Shown here one piece after another: positions 1-8,889 of a DNA stretch of 64,000 nt. The DNA comes from an uncultured Anaerolineaceae bacterium (GTDB lineage Bacteria; Chloroflexota; Anaerolineae; Anaerolineales; UBA4823): contig CAYNWK010000003.1 of NCBI GenBank assembly GCA_964400875.1, positions 34,702-98,701 of the forward strand. The letters are read 5' to 3'. Made by a program: the position numbers and the translations under genes. Under the pieces are notes generated by a model. The model worked only from the letters and a program-made list of their open reading frames with translations. It made no database searches and was not told the DNA's origin. Within the stretch, counting starts at the first letter, position 1; every line of letters begins with the position of its first letter.

Positions 1-72
1 AGCCACGGAATCGATCTCCCTCACTATACTTGAAGGTTTATAATGGCGCGCATCACAGCCGGTCGAATAATG

Positions 73-117
73 GGGCTGTTTGGATGAGTGTGTTTCATCC
101 AAACAGCCCTGTTTTCC
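73..117 (+). terminator. GC-rich hairpin followed by a T-rich tract; either the terminator of an off-window upstream gene or an attenuator ahead of mgtE
   Basis: Inverted repeat gggctgtttggatga (73-87) / tcatccaaacagccc (95-109), followed by tgttttcc. A TATAAT hexamer lies at 39-44. Confidence 0.4.
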
Positions 118-168
118 TGTGAGGCTGTGTACCCCTATCCATAACTTTCTGGAAAGCGACAAATTGCC

Positions 169-1518
169 ATGGAACAGAGATTGATCGATGATGCCCTGGA
201 GCGATTGAAAGTCCTGCTCGAACAGGATCATTTCAAGGAAGCCGCGGATTTAATCGAGGAGCTGCGCCCGGCCGACCAGGCCGAATTGTTTGAGAATCTG
301 GAAACTGATTTTCAGAAAGCGCTGCTGGACCATATCGAGACCGAAGATATGGCCGATATCCTGGAGAAGATGGAGGAGCCCCAGGCGGTCGAGGTAACCC
401 AACACCTCTCGGCCGAACAGATCGCCACCATCGCCGACCAGATGGAGCCGGACGAAGCCGCTGACCTGCTCGACGATCTACCGGACCAGGTCGCCACCAA
501 CGTCCTGGCTGCCATGGAATCGGCGGAGGAAATTCGCCCGCTGATCCCTTACCCGGACGAATCCGCCGGCGGGTTGATGACGACCGACTATCTACCGCTA
601 CGTGAGGAGATGACAGCCGGCGAAGCGCTGCAGGCCGTGCGCGACTGGGATATCGATACCGATTTGATCAATTATCTGTTTGTCACCGACCAGGAGAACA
701 TGCTTACTGGCGTGGTGTCCCTGCACCAGCTGTTTTTCAATCCCCCGGAAACCCTGCTGGCGGACCTGATGAAACGAGATGTGATCGCCGTCAACGCCTT
801 CCAGGACCAGGAGGAGTGCGCCCGGGTGATCTCGCGCTACGACTTGCTGCTCCTGCCGGTCGTCGATCACCGCCAGCGGCTGATCGGCGTGATCACCATC
901 GACGATGTGCTGGACGTGCTGGTGGATGAAGCTTCCGAAGACATCCAGCGCATGGGCGCCAGCGAGCCGCTAGACGAACGCTATCTTTCCGCCGATATTT
1001 TCACCCTGGCGCGTAAGCGAGCCGTCTGGCTGCTGCTGCTCTTCGTGGCCGAGACTTTTACCGGCACGGTGCTGCGCCATTTCGAGTCCGAGCTACAGGC
1101 TGTTGTTGCACTATCTTTCTTCATCCCGCTGTTGATCGGCACCGGGGGCAACGCCGGTTCCCAGGCCGCCACCACCGTGATCCGCGCCATGGCGCTGCGG
1201 GAAGTACGCTTTCGCGATCTGGGGAAGGTGGTGGGCAAGGAAGTGACCCTGGCGATCCTCCTGGGTCTGTTCATCGGATTGGTAGGTTTTGGCCGCGCCC
1301 TGTTGTGGGGGGTAGGTCCTTCGTTCTCCCTGGTGGTCTCCGTAACGTTGATCGGCATCATCCTGTGGGCGAACGTCGTCGGTTCGGTGATCCCGATGCT
1401 CGCTCACCGCCTGCGCATCGACCCTACCGTGCTGTCGGCGCCTTTCGTCACCACCCTGGTTGACGCCACTGGTCTGTTCATCTACTTCACCATCGCCCGG
1501 ATTTTGTTGGGTTTGTAA
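169..1518 (+). CDS. mgtE: Magnesium transporter MgtE
   Basis: 449-aa ORF with an acidic MgtE_N region, a tandem CBS pair (…LTGVVSLHQL…, …LIGVITIDDVL…) and a C-terminal TM domain carrying the LIGTGGNAGSQ motif. Confidence 0.93.
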   Translation: MEQRLIDDALERLKVLLEQDHFKEAADLIEELRPADQAELFENLETDFQKALLDHIETEDMADILEKMEEPQAVEVTQHLSAEQIATIADQMEPDEAADLLDDLPDQVATNVLAAMESAEEIRPLIPYPDESAGGLMTTDYLPLREEMTAGEALQAVRDWDIDTDLINYLFVTDQENMLTGVVSLHQLFFNPPETLLADLMKRDVIAVNAFQDQEECARVISRYDLLLLPVVDHRQRLIGVITIDDVLDVLVDEASEDIQRMGASEPLDERYLSADIFTLARKRAVWLLLLFVAETFTGTVLRHFESELQAVVALSFFIPLLIGTGGNAGSQAATTVIRAMALREVRFRDLGKVVGKEVTLAILLGLFIGLVGFGRALLWGVGPSFSLVVSVTLIGIILWANVVGSVIPMLAHRLRIDPTVLSAPFVTTLVDATGLFIYFTIARILLGL

Positions 1519-1521
1519 GGC

Positions 1522-2058
1522 TTACCGGGAGCCGGGCATCGTCCGCCTGCGGAGCAGTGTTCTCAGGCGGGGCGCAAGCGTCCGCCAGAGCGGGCAGCGA
1601 TCATACACTGCGCTGAAGGCGATCAGCCCGCCCAACGCTCCCAAGATCAGATTGGGACCATCGATCCAGGCCAAAATCACCAGGATTACCCCAACTGCGG
1701 CGCGAACGACGCGTTCGGACCTTGGCAGCCCCGCTGCAACCGGAGCCGCCCCTTGCTGCGCGGCTTCGAACAAGCGGAGCAGCGAGGCGCTGCCCTGTGC
1801 GCCGTTCTGGCGCAGCACTTCCCGGCCTCCCCGGAAGGCGATCAAGGTGGGGATGCCGAATATCTTCAAAGCGGAGAGCAGTTCGCCTTGCTCGTCAGCG
1901 TTCAGGCGCCACACAGCCACCTGGCCTGAGTACTCCGCTTCCAGCCGTTTCAACGCCGGTTCGATGGCGCGGCACGGCAGGCACCAGGGCGCCCAGAAAT
2001 CGACCACCACCGGGTGCGGGCTGCTGTGCAGCTTTTCTAAGAATGCTTTGTGATCCAC
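1522..2058 (-). CDS. Thioredoxin-domain protein fused to a C-terminal DUF2892 (YgaP-like) two-TM module
   Basis: Active site FWAPWCLPC; the C-terminal hydrophobic pair contains CPLW. The start was moved to the GTG at 2058, which follows AGGAG with 5-nt spacing. The longer ORF up to 2220 would overlap the neighbouring gene. Confidence 0.8.
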   Translation of the reverse strand: MDHKAFLEKLHSSPHPVVVDFWAPWCLPCRAIEPALKRLEAEYSGQVAVWRLNADEQGELLSALKIFGIPTLIAFRGGREVLRQNGAQGSASLLRLFEAAQQGAAPVAAGLPRSERVVRAAVGVILVILAWIDGPNLILGALGGLIAFSAVYDRCPLWRTLAPRLRTLLRRRTMPGSR

Positions 2059-2165
2059 GTCCGCTCCTGTCGAAAGGCTATTGGCCCTCAAGCCAGCTTG
2101 CCAGTCAAAGCAAAGGGGCGGGTGAGGGATCACCCGCCCCGGCGTAAGCTGCGAGGGGGACTGCC

Positions 2166-2378
2166 TCAATTGGCGTGAACCTTCTTGGTCTGCACCTTGA
2201 ATAACGCGTACAACGGGCACCAGCCCACTAAACCGGTCAGCAGGGGCACGAAACCGATGACCTTCAGGAACAATCCCCAGCCGCCGGGCACGATCCCGGC
2301 AAAGCCCAGGTAGAGCAGCGCGATCCCGAGCACGATGCGGACGACACGATCCCAGCCGGCTTCATTAATGTAAGACAT
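2166..2378 (-). CDS. DUF2892 (YgaP-like) small membrane protein
   Basis: 70 aa with two TM helices and a GWCPLY motif. The SD AAGGAGAAAAAAACC lies before the ATG. Confidence 0.8.
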   Translation of the reverse strand: MSYINEAGWDRVVRIVLGIALLYLGFAGIVPGGWGLFLKVIGFVPLLTGLVGWCPLYALFKVQTKKVHAN

Positions 2379-2462
2379 GGTTTTTTTCTCCTTAGCGTAG
2401 AAAAGGTAGGTTTATCCGTCTATACATTAGATGGGGAATCCACCAAAAGGTTACATCTGAAT

Positions 2463-3983
2463 TTAGTTATCCCCCTCATAGGCAGTCGGCATCCAGTGGT
2501 ATTTTTCCCGGGCGATCAGTTCTTCCGCTGCCTGGGGACCCCAGCTCCCAGCCGGATAATTAGGAAAGTCCGGCGCGGGCATGTCCTCCCAGGCATTCAG
2601 GATGGGTTGGACGATGCTCCAGGCCAGCTCGATCTGGTCGGCGCGCATGAACAGGGTGGCGTCCCCTTGCATCACGTCCAGCAGCAAGGTCTCATAGGCT
2701 TCCGGCGAGGCGGTCTGAAAGGCCTCATGATAGGTGAAGCGCAGGTCCACCGGGCTCAAGTGCATTTCTGGGCCGGGGAGTTTGGCCTGGACGTGCAACA
2801 AGATGCCTTCATGGGGTTGGATGTTGATGGTCAGCCGGTTGTGTTCCCAATCTTGTGAAGCAGAAGCCGGGAAGGCGCGGTGCGGCACGGGCCGGAACTG
2901 GATGCTCACTTCGGAAAGGCGGGTGGGCAGGCGTTTGCCGGTGCGCAGGTAAAAAGGCACGCCCTGCCAGCGCCAGTTGTCGATGAATAATTTGATCGCC
3001 GTGAAGGTCTCGGTGTTCGAATCCGCGGCCACATCGGTCTCTTTACGGTAAGCGGGGACCTGCTCACCGTCCACTTCGCCGCTGCCGTACTGGCCGCGCA
3101 CGGCAAACTTCGAAACCTGGTCAGTTGGGATAGGGCGGATGGCGCGCAACATATCGGACTTCTTATCGCGAATCTCTTCATCTTTAAAGGAAACCGGAGG
3201 CTCCATGGTCACCAGGCTGAGCACCTGCAGAAGGTGGTTCTGCACCATGTCGCGCAGCGCACCGGCGTCTTCGTAGTAGGCCCCACGATGCCCGATCCCA
3301 TCTTCTTCTGCCACGGTGATCTGGACGTTTTCAATGTAGCGCCGGTCCCAAATGGGCTCGAACAGCGCGTTAGCGAACCGAAACGCCAGGATGTTCTGCA
3401 CGGTCTCTTTACCCAGGTAGTGATCGATACGGAAGATCTGGGTTTCTTCAAAAGCCGTCCTTACCATCTGGTTCAGCTGGCAGGCTGATTCCAGGTCGTG
3501 GCCGAAGGGCTTCTCCAGCACGAGGCGGGCCCGTTCCCGGTCGTGGGCCAGGCCGCACCGATCCAATTGCTGCACGATGATCTCGACCAGCTGGGGTGGG
3601 GTCGCCTGGTAGAAGACCCGGTCAGCCTGCACCCCCCAGGTTTTATCCAGTTCGTCCAGCCGTTCTTTCAACCGTGCAAAGGCCTGGGCGTCCCCGAAAT
3701 CCGCGGGAGCATATTCCAGCTGGCTTGAGAATATCTCCCAGTCCTCGTCGGAGGGCGCCCCGCGCCGCGAGTTCTTGGCGACGCCATCACGCAGGTATTC
3801 CCTGAACTCCTGCGCGGTCAGCTCGCGGCGATCCATCCCGATGATGGCGAAGTTCCCGGGCAGCCAGTTGTCCAGGCACAGGTTGTACATGGCCGGGACC
3901 AGCTTGCGCCAGGCCAGATCTCCGCCTGCCCCGAAGATCACCATCACGGTTGAACCGGGGCGGTTTTCTTTGTGTGGGCTCAT
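2463..3983 (-). CDS. zwf: Glucose-6-phosphate 1-dehydrogenase
   Basis: N-terminal [12 protein letters not shown] dinucleotide motif and the RIDHYLGKE active-site motif; 506 aa. Confidence 0.95.
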   Translation of the reverse strand: MSPHKENRPGSTVMVIFGAGGDLAWRKLVPAMYNLCLDNWLPGNFAIIGMDRRELTAQEFREYLRDGVAKNSRRGAPSDEDWEIFSSQLEYAPADFGDAQAFARLKERLDELDKTWGVQADRVFYQATPPQLVEIIVQQLDRCGLAHDRERARLVLEKPFGHDLESACQLNQMVRTAFEETQIFRIDHYLGKETVQNILAFRFANALFEPIWDRRYIENVQITVAEEDGIGHRGAYYEDAGALRDMVQNHLLQVLSLVTMEPPVSFKDEEIRDKKSDMLRAIRPIPTDQVSKFAVRGQYGSGEVDGEQVPAYRKETDVAADSNTETFTAIKLFIDNWRWQGVPFYLRTGKRLPTRLSEVSIQFRPVPHRAFPASASQDWEHNRLTINIQPHEGILLHVQAKLPGPEMHLSPVDLRFTYHEAFQTASPEAYETLLLDVMQGDATLFMRADQIELAWSIVQPILNAWEDMPAPDFPNYPAGSWGPQAAEELIAREKYHWMPTAYEGDN

Positions 3984-5401
3984 GAGTCAGTCGCCTGCCA
4001 TTCCGTATGGAATTTGCCTTTTTCGTCGATGCGCTCGTAAGTGTGCGCGCCGAAATAGTCGCGCTGGGCCTGGATCAAATTGGCCGGCAGCCAGTCGCTC
4101 CGCAAGGCGTCGAAATAGCTCAAGGCTGCCATCATCCCGGGCATGGGGATGCCCAGTTCGGCGGCAGTGCGGACCACCGCCCTCAGGTTGGTCTGGCGCT
4201 CTTTAACCGCCTGCCCCAGGTTCTCATCAAGCAGCAGGTTGGGCAAGTCGGGTTGAGCCTGGTAGGCGGCGCGAATCTCCTCCAGCAGGTCGGCCCGGAT
4301 AATGCAGCCGCCCCGCCAGATACGGGCGACGGTCTCCAGGTCCAGGTGATACTCTTTTTCCGCGGAAGCGGTGTGCAGCTGGGCCATGCCTTGCGTATAG
4401 GTTAAGATCATGGCAGCGTAAAGCGCTTCCCGCAGCTGCTCCAGGAAAGCTGTCCGATCGCCCTGATAAAGGCCGTAATCTCCGCCCAAGGCACGATTTA
4501 CGGCTGCCCGTTGATCTTCAAATGAAGATAGATTGCGCATTGTCACGGCCAGGTCGATGTTCGGAACCGGCACCTGCAGATCCATGGCGTCCTGGGCAGT
4601 CCACCTGCCGGTCCCTTTCTGACGGGCTACATCTTCGATCACGTCGATCAGCCGCCTGGCGGACTTCTCGTCGGGTTCGCAGAAGATGTCTGTTGTAATC
4701 TCGATCAGGTAGCTGCTCAGCTCCCCTTCGTTCCAATGCGAGAAAACCGCGTGCAGGCGGTCATCATCCATGCCCAGGGCGCGCTTCATCAGGTGGTAGC
4801 TCTCGGCGATCAACTGCATGAAGCCGTATTCGATGCCGTTATGCACCATCTTGACGTAGTGTCCGGCGGAGCCTGGGCCCAGATAAGCCACGCAAGGCTC
4901 GCCGTTCACTTTGGCGGCGGCGGCTTCGAATATATTCTGCACCCGCTGGTAAGCCTCACGCGGGCCGCCCGGCATCATGCTGGGGCCGCGCCGCGCCCCT
5001 TCTTCGCCGCCGGAGATGCCCACGCCCAGGTAGTCGATCCCGCGGTCTTTCAACATACCGGCGCGCAGCTCGGTGTCTGGGTAATGGGAGTTGCCCCCGT
5101 CGATGATCAGGTCGCCCCGCTCGAGATAAGGCAGCAGGTTGTTAATTACCGAATCGACCGGGGGGCCGGCCGGCACCAGCATCATCACCGCACGCGGCCT
5201 GCGCAGCGCGGCGATGAAAGCTTCCAGGTTTTTTGCTGCGAACATGCGCTGCTCCCCGGAGGCTTCATTCAGCGCCTGGACTTTACTCGCATCCAGGTCA
5301 TAGCCGGCTAAGGCGAAACCTTTCTCGGCCATGTTGAGCAGCAGGTTGCGGCCCATAACCCCCAGGCCGACCATGCCGAGATCATATCCTTCGTCTGTCA
5401 T
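3980..5401 (-). CDS. gnd: 6-phosphogluconate dehydrogenase (decarboxylating)
   Basis: [11 protein letters not shown] Rossmann motif and [15 protein letters not shown] chose the ATG at 5401 rather than the ORF start at 5500. An ATGA overlap with zwf (3980-3983) suggests translational coupling. Confidence 0.94.
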   Translation of the reverse strand: MTDEGYDLGMVGLGVMGRNLLLNMAEKGFALAGYDLDASKVQALNEASGEQRMFAAKNLEAFIAALRRPRAVMMLVPAGPPVDSVINNLLPYLERGDLIIDGGNSHYPDTELRAGMLKDRGIDYLGVGISGGEEGARRGPSMMPGGPREAYQRVQNIFEAAAAKVNGEPCVAYLGPGSAGHYVKMVHNGIEYGFMQLIAESYHLMKRALGMDDDRLHAVFSHWNEGELSSYLIEITTDIFCEPDEKSARRLIDVIEDVARQKGTGRWTAQDAMDLQVPVPNIDLAVTMRNLSSFEDQRAAVNRALGGDYGLYQGDRTAFLEQLREALYAAMILTYTQGMAQLHTASAEKEYHLDLETVARIWRGGCIIRADLLEEIRAAYQAQPDLPNLLLDENLGQAVKERQTNLRAVVRTAAELGIPMPGMMAALSYFDALRSDWLPANLIQAQRDYFGAHTYERIDEKGKFHTEWQATDS

Positions 5402-5512
5402 TGATGATTGCCTTCTTTCGATGGTTTCAGGTGTTAGGGTTCGCGGGGAAAGTAGGGTTGTTGGTGGGGCCAACAACCTCATACATCCCCAGGTCGTCAA
5501 ATCTTAGGATTT

Positions 5513-6664
5513 TTAATCTGTTGAGGCGGTATCCGGCGTCCGCGCAGGCGCTTCCGCGCGCATCTTCTCTAGCAGTTCCAGCAGCTGATCGTAGGCTTTG
5601 GAGAACTTCTCCACGCCCTCTTTCTCAAGCTGGGCGGTGACTTCGTTGATCTCGATGCCCACCTCGCCCAGCAGATTCATGAACTCGCGCGCCTGCGCGA
5701 CGTTCTCGTCGATCCGGCGGGCAGGGTTGCCGTGGTCGCGGAATGCGTCCAGGGTCTCCGGCGGGGCGGTGTTGACCGTGTCTGGACCGATCAACGCCTC
5801 GACGTACTTCACGTCGCTGTAATCCGGGTTCTTGGTGCTGGTGCTGGCCCACAGCAAGCGCTGGGTGCGGGCGCCCTTTTCGGATATGGATTGGAAGCGT
5901 TCGGCGGCGTAAATCTGCGTATAGATCTGGTAAGCCATCCTGGCGCTGGCGACTGCAATTTGCCCGTGCAGCCGTTCGGCGACCTCCGCCTTTTCGCCTT
6001 CTCCGGACATCATATCTTCGAGGAGCGGATCGACCAGCACGTCGATGCGGCTGAGGAAAAAGCTGGCGACGGAGTTGATCGAGTCGATCGGCTCGCCTCT
6101 GCCGGCGCGGGTTTCCAGGCCTTTCTGGTAAGCATCCGCCACCGCCCGATAGCGGGGGAGACCGAACAGCAGGGTGACGTTCACGTTGACGCCTTGCGCG
6201 GTGAGCTGCTCGATGGCGGCCAGCCCTTCCCGGGTCGCCGGCACCTTGATCATCACGTTAGGCCGGTCGAGTTTGCGCCAGAAGCGCTTGGCCTCTTCGA
6301 TGGTGGCCGCGGTGTCGTATGCGATCAGGGGTGAGACCTCCAGGCTGACGAAGCCATGATCGCCCTCCGAGGCGTCATACAGCGGCCGGAACAGGTCGGC
6401 GGCGCGCTGCACGTCATCGATCGCCAGGGATTCGTAGATCTCGGCGGCGCTCAACCCCTTGGAGGCCAGGGTGTGGACGTCTTCGTCGTACTTATCCGAA
6501 CCGCTAATCGCCTTATTCAAGATCGAGGGGTTGACGGTCACGCCGCGCAGGCCGTCCTGCTCGATCAACTGTTTCACTTCGCCGGAGTCGAGCATATCCC
6601 GGTCGATGTAATCCAACCAGATGCTTTGTCCGTAATCCTGTATCTTCAAAAGTGGGTTCTTCAT
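5513..6664 (-). CDS. tal: Transaldolase (long form)
   Basis: QSIWLDYI N-terminus and PNVMIKVPAT active-site Lys region; 383 aa. Confidence 0.9.
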   Translation of the reverse strand: MKNPLLKIQDYGQSIWLDYIDRDMLDSGEVKQLIEQDGLRGVTVNPSILNKAISGSDKYDEDVHTLASKGLSAAEIYESLAIDDVQRAADLFRPLYDASEGDHGFVSLEVSPLIAYDTAATIEEAKRFWRKLDRPNVMIKVPATREGLAAIEQLTAQGVNVNVTLLFGLPRYRAVADAYQKGLETRAGRGEPIDSINSVASFFLSRIDVLVDPLLEDMMSGEGEKAEVAERLHGQIAVASARMAYQIYTQIYAAERFQSISEKGARTQRLLWASTSTKNPDYSDVKYVEALIGPDTVNTAPPETLDAFRDHGNPARRIDENVAQAREFMNLLGEVGIEINEVTAQLEKEGVEKFSKAYDQLLELLEKMRAEAPARTPDTASTD

Positions 6665-6698
6665 CAGTATCGTTCCTCCTGCTTATTATTTAGTTGAG

Positions 6699-6774
6699 TT
6701 ACGAAGTTATCTGGGAAAGCCGAGGTGTTTGGGCAGGTGAAACCCCCAACCCCCCTGCTTCCCTCAAGTGCGTA
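6699..6774. repeat. Intergenic nested-palindrome repeat, copy A (same family as 7542-7621)
   Basis: ttacgaagttatctgggaaagccgaggtgtttgggcagg…ccccctgcttccctcaagtgcgta aligns end to end with the 7542-7621 copy. Confidence 0.8.
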
Positions 6775-6834
6775 TCTCCTACTTTGAATGTTTATGCAGT
6801 TACTTTGACCAGGCCGTCATTTCGTTTCTTACCA

Positions 6835-7206
6835 TCAGGCGCGCGCCGGTTGTCGCTGATCGAACTTCCTTTCCAGGAAAGCTTTCAAGGCCGCGGCGTT
6901 GTTATGCACCGGATCTTTGGCGCCGTACACCAGAGTTATGCTCCTTTCTTGAGCAGCCTGCAACAACGGCCGCCAGGCCTCAGGGTTGGCCTCCAATTCG
7001 GCGAAATAGCGCCGTTGGAACTCATCCCATTTCTCCGCTTCGTGCCCAAACCAGCTGCGCAGCTCGACGCTCGGCGCAACCTCCTTGAGCCACTCTACGA
7101 CCTGGAGATCTTCTTTTTTGATCCCCCGAGGCCACAGACGGTCTACCAGGTAACGTTCGCCGTCTTCTTCCTCGGGGGAATCGTAGGCGCGGGCGATCTG
7201 GATCAT
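6835..7206 (-). CDS. DUF488 (YeaO-like) family protein
   Basis: RLWPRGIKKEDL…WLKEVAPSVELRSWFGH… pattern typical of DUF488. The start is set to the internal ATG at 7206. Confidence 0.75.
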   Translation of the reverse strand: MIQIARAYDSPEEEDGERYLVDRLWPRGIKKEDLQVVEWLKEVAPSVELRSWFGHEAEKWDEFQRRYFAELEANPEAWRPLLQAAQERSITLVYGAKDPVHNNAAALKAFLERKFDQRQPARA

Positions 7207-7541
7207 GGTATGTTCATGCCGTTCACTCAATCCGGAGGGGAGTTGTTCTCGTTTCTGGAGAGCATGGTTGGCGTGCGCTTCGCAGGAACCACACACAGAT
7301 CCCTGTTAATATTTTAACGCCCGGCCGGATGGATTGCAATCGGGGATCTCCCTAACCAGGGGTAGGGAAACCCCTCCCCTGAAATTTTCGGAGCCCGATC
7401 TGAATTCAACCTGGTTGGTCAGATCGCGACAGGTTCGAACTTACAGTATTAGCATAATGCATTAAGGGGTCTGGTGTCCTTACCATGAACGCAACAGGTC
7501 CTAAAGGAAACCTTAACGACGACACCTTTCAGCTTTAGGAA

Positions 7542-7621
7542 TTACGCAGTCCTCCGAGAAAGTGGGGGTGTTTGGGCGGGCGAGGCCGCCCAAACACCCC
7601 CTTTCTTCCCTCAAGTGCGTA
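7542..7621. repeat. Intergenic nested-palindrome repeat, archetype copy B
   Basis: TTACGCAGTCCTCCGAGAAAGTGGGGGTGTTTGGGCGGGCGAGGCCGCCCAAACACCCCCTTTCTTCCCTCAAGTGCGTA. It has a 16-bp core stem, GAGAAAG/CTTTCTT inner arms and TACGCA/TGCGTA termini. Confidence 0.85.
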
Positions 7622-7630
7622 TGTCTTAGA

Positions 7631-7672
7631 ATAATAAAAACGCCCGGGCGGTTATCTGCCCAGGCGTTTTTT
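7631..7672 (-). terminator. Intrinsic terminator downstream of gap
   Basis: acgcccgggc / gcccaggcgt stem (a G-U pair on the minus-strand RNA), with A/T runs on both sides. It lies about 25 nt after the gap stop codon. Confidence 0.7.
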
Positions 7673-7693
7673 CGTTTTCGTACAAATGAAATG

Positions 7694-8692
7694 CTAGAGT
7701 TCTTTAGCGATGCTGACGGCCTCGCGGACCAATTGGTTGGTGTAGCCCCATTCGTTATCGTACCAGCTCATCACCTTGACCAGGTCCCCATCCACTACCT
7801 GGGTCATACCCAGGTCAACGATGGAAGCGTGCGGGTCTTTGATGACGTCCGAAGAGACCAGTTCTTCATCGCTTGCCTTCAGGATGCCCTTGTAGCGCCC
7901 GGTTTGAGCTTCCTCGCGGAAGACGTTATTGATCTCCTCCACGCTGGTCTTCTTTTCCAGCACGAAGACCAGGTCGGCGATGGAGCCTACCGGGATGGGC
8001 CCGCGGACGGCGACGCCGTCGAAGCGGCCCTTCAGCTGCGGCAGCGCCTTGGTCGTGGCGATAGCCGCGCCGGTCGTAGTCGGCACAAAGTTGGCCGCAC
8101 CGGCCCGCCCGCGGCGCCACTTCTTGCTGGGAGAGTCGACGATTGCCTGGGAGGTGGTGTACGCGTGGATGGTGGTCATCACCGCCTTGCTCACGCCGAA
8201 CCGCCGGTCCAGGATCTCGACCACCGGGGTGATGCAGTTGGTGGTGCAGCTGGCGCAGGAGATGATCGTCGGATCTCCTTCGGGGCGGTTCACGCCGTGG
8301 ACCACGGTTTCCACGTCATCGCTTTTCGCCGGGGCGGAAAGCAGCACGTATTTCGCGCCGGCCTGGATGTGCTTCTTCAGGTCCTCGCGCTTGGTGAACA
8401 CGCCCGTGCACTCCAGCACGATGTCGACCCCCAGGTCGCCCCAGGGCAGCTGGGCCGGATCGCGTTCGCTCGTAAATTTGTATGCTTTCCCGTCGATCAC
8501 CAGGCTTTGATCCCCGGCTTCGACGGATTTCTCGTACCTGCCGTAGACGGTATCGTATTTGAGCAGGTAGGCCAGGTTGTCCAAAGGAACGATATCGTTG
8601 ACCGCCACCAGTTCGAGTTCCGGGGTCTCCAAGATGACCTTCAGCGCGGCGCGCCCGATGCGCCCCAGGCCGTTGATTGCGACTTTTGCCAT
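7694..8692 (-). CDS. gap: Glyceraldehyde-3-phosphate dehydrogenase (type I)
   Basis: INGLGRIGR NAD motif, catalytic ASCTTNC motif and a WYDNEWGY C-terminus; 332 aa. Confidence 0.96.
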   Translation of the reverse strand: MAKVAINGLGRIGRAALKVILETPELELVAVNDIVPLDNLAYLLKYDTVYGRYEKSVEAGDQSLVIDGKAYKFTSERDPAQLPWGDLGVDIVLECTGVFTKREDLKKHIQAGAKYVLLSAPAKSDDVETVVHGVNRPEGDPTIISCASCTTNCITPVVEILDRRFGVSKAVMTTIHAYTTSQAIVDSPSKKWRRGRAGAANFVPTTTGAAIATTKALPQLKGRFDGVAVRGPIPVGSIADLVFVLEKKTSVEEINNVFREEAQTGRYKGILKASDEELVSSDVIKDPHASIVDLGMTQVVDGDLVKVMSWYDNEWGYTNQLVREAVSIAKEL

Positions 8693-8889
8693 TTCCGTTC
8701 TCCTTTCCTATTGGAAATTGATGGATTGATTTTAGCTTCCTTACGCCCTCAAGCGCGCAGGAATCCCCCAGTTCTTGCAGCTCTATTATACCTTCTGCTT
8801 GTGAGGTGGAACGGATTACTGGCAAGGCAAAGCTATTTTGCCCTGGATGTCAAGCGCAGTCCTATCGGAGGCGTTTTTGGATCGCCCTG

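Noticed and set aside
1-168. M-box (ykoK) Mg2+ riboswitch upstream of mgtE
   Set aside because: Only a short GUGAGGCU-like string is present (121-128), with about 45 nt to the ATG. The ~160-nt multi-helix M-box architecture cannot be accommodated.
3980-5500. N-terminally extended ORF versions from the ORF track (gnd from 5500, 24303-25307, 33668-34909, 57893-58576, 23842-24258, 1522-2220, 58743-61367 and others)
   Set aside because: The extensions lack homology-like sequence, overlap neighbouring genes or repeat elements, and internal starts with an SD or a stop/start overlap fit better. The shorter coordinates were reported.
7425-7445. tRNA T-loop-like GGTTCGAA motif in the 7297-7541 intergenic gap
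   Set aside because: The flanking 5-nt segments are not complementary on either strand, and no acceptor or anticodon arms could be built.
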